Assembly: GCF_001194135.2 (NCBI RefSeq)
Contig: NC_068993.1
Coordinates: 17,064,073-17,128,072 of the forward strand
Origin: Octopus bimaculoides
Lineage: Eukaryota
Direction of reading: 5' to 3'
Length of the DNA: 64,000 nt
The notes beneath the pieces are model-generated. The model made no database searches, was not told the DNA's origin, and saw only the letters and a program-made list of their open reading frames with translations. Both the position numbers and the translations under genes were made by a program. Positions 63,647 through 64,000 of this stretch are shown piece after piece. The stretch's first letter is position 1; the number at the start of each line of letters is the position of its first letter.

Positions 63647-64000
63647 TACTCGCACACACACATACAACATACTTTTACGCAGCTTCTGTTTATCAAAGAG
63701 ATTGATCTGCCACGAAGCTATAGAAGACACATGACCAAGGTGCCATGCAGTGGGACTGAACTCAAAACCACATGACTGCAAAGAGTGAGCTTCTTAACCA
63801 CTCAGCCATGCTTGGTGGTTTTTCTTTTTTTGAGATGGTAGGATGTGTGTGTGTGTGTGTGTGAATTGTAATTATCAGAAGACTATCAGCATCAGCCGTG
63901 AGGTAAGTTGCAGAAGTCAGCCAAGATGGAAGTGACATTTAGCTGAGGAAGCAAGCAATCAGACTGTGGTATGCTTCAGTACACGGACTTAATGAGACTG

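Noticed and set aside
63879-63902. 24-nt AG...GTAAGT segment (KTISISRE) in phase 0-0 after the last exon
   Set aside because: It has no polypyrimidine tract (preceded by (GT)n), read-through hits a stop with no WSxWS, and it does not match the expected phase 0-1 exon.
1-64000. CRISPR arrays, operons, rRNA or other prokaryotic systems
   Set aside because: None seen. The sequence is intron-dominated eukaryotic DNA and its dispersed repeats are SINEs and MITEs, without regular spacing.

Overview
AT-rich, microsatellite- and retroposon-dense eukaryotic DNA. The repeat landscape suggests a coleoid cephalopod, most likely Octopus (inference). There are 13 N-gaps totalling about 5.4 kb, nine of them abutting (TA)n. 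The window holds the 5' half of one + strand gene encoding a class I (haematopoietin) cytokine receptor of the gp130/IL6ST-CRLF1-Domeless type. I assembled five coding exons by hand: 5050-5134 (signal peptide), 24505-24798 (Ig-like domain), 43033-43162 and 56882-57057 (first FN3 of the cytokine-binding module, with C-x9-C-x-W), and 61929-62065 (first half of the second FN3). They join in frame through canonical AG/GT sites into 274 aa with intron phases 1,1,2,1,0. Two of these exons are missing from the ORF track. The WSxWS exon and the rest of the gene must lie beyond base 64000. A probable non-coding first exon ends at 3092. The introns contain several tRNA-derived SINE families, RTE-clade and HERO/R2-like LINE fossils, mariner, MULE and Tigger/pogo fossils, a non-autonomous Helitron, TTAA- and hAT-type MITEs, Penelope-like hammerhead-shaped motifs, three strong fold-back hairpins (one pre-miRNA-like) and an acidic GEYEDDD-coding minisatellite. 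Nearly every ORF in the supplied track is an artefact of microsatellites, N-runs or SINEs. I see no evidence for a prokaryote-style novel system. The best leads are the invertebrate gp130-type receptor and the intronic structured-RNA candidates.
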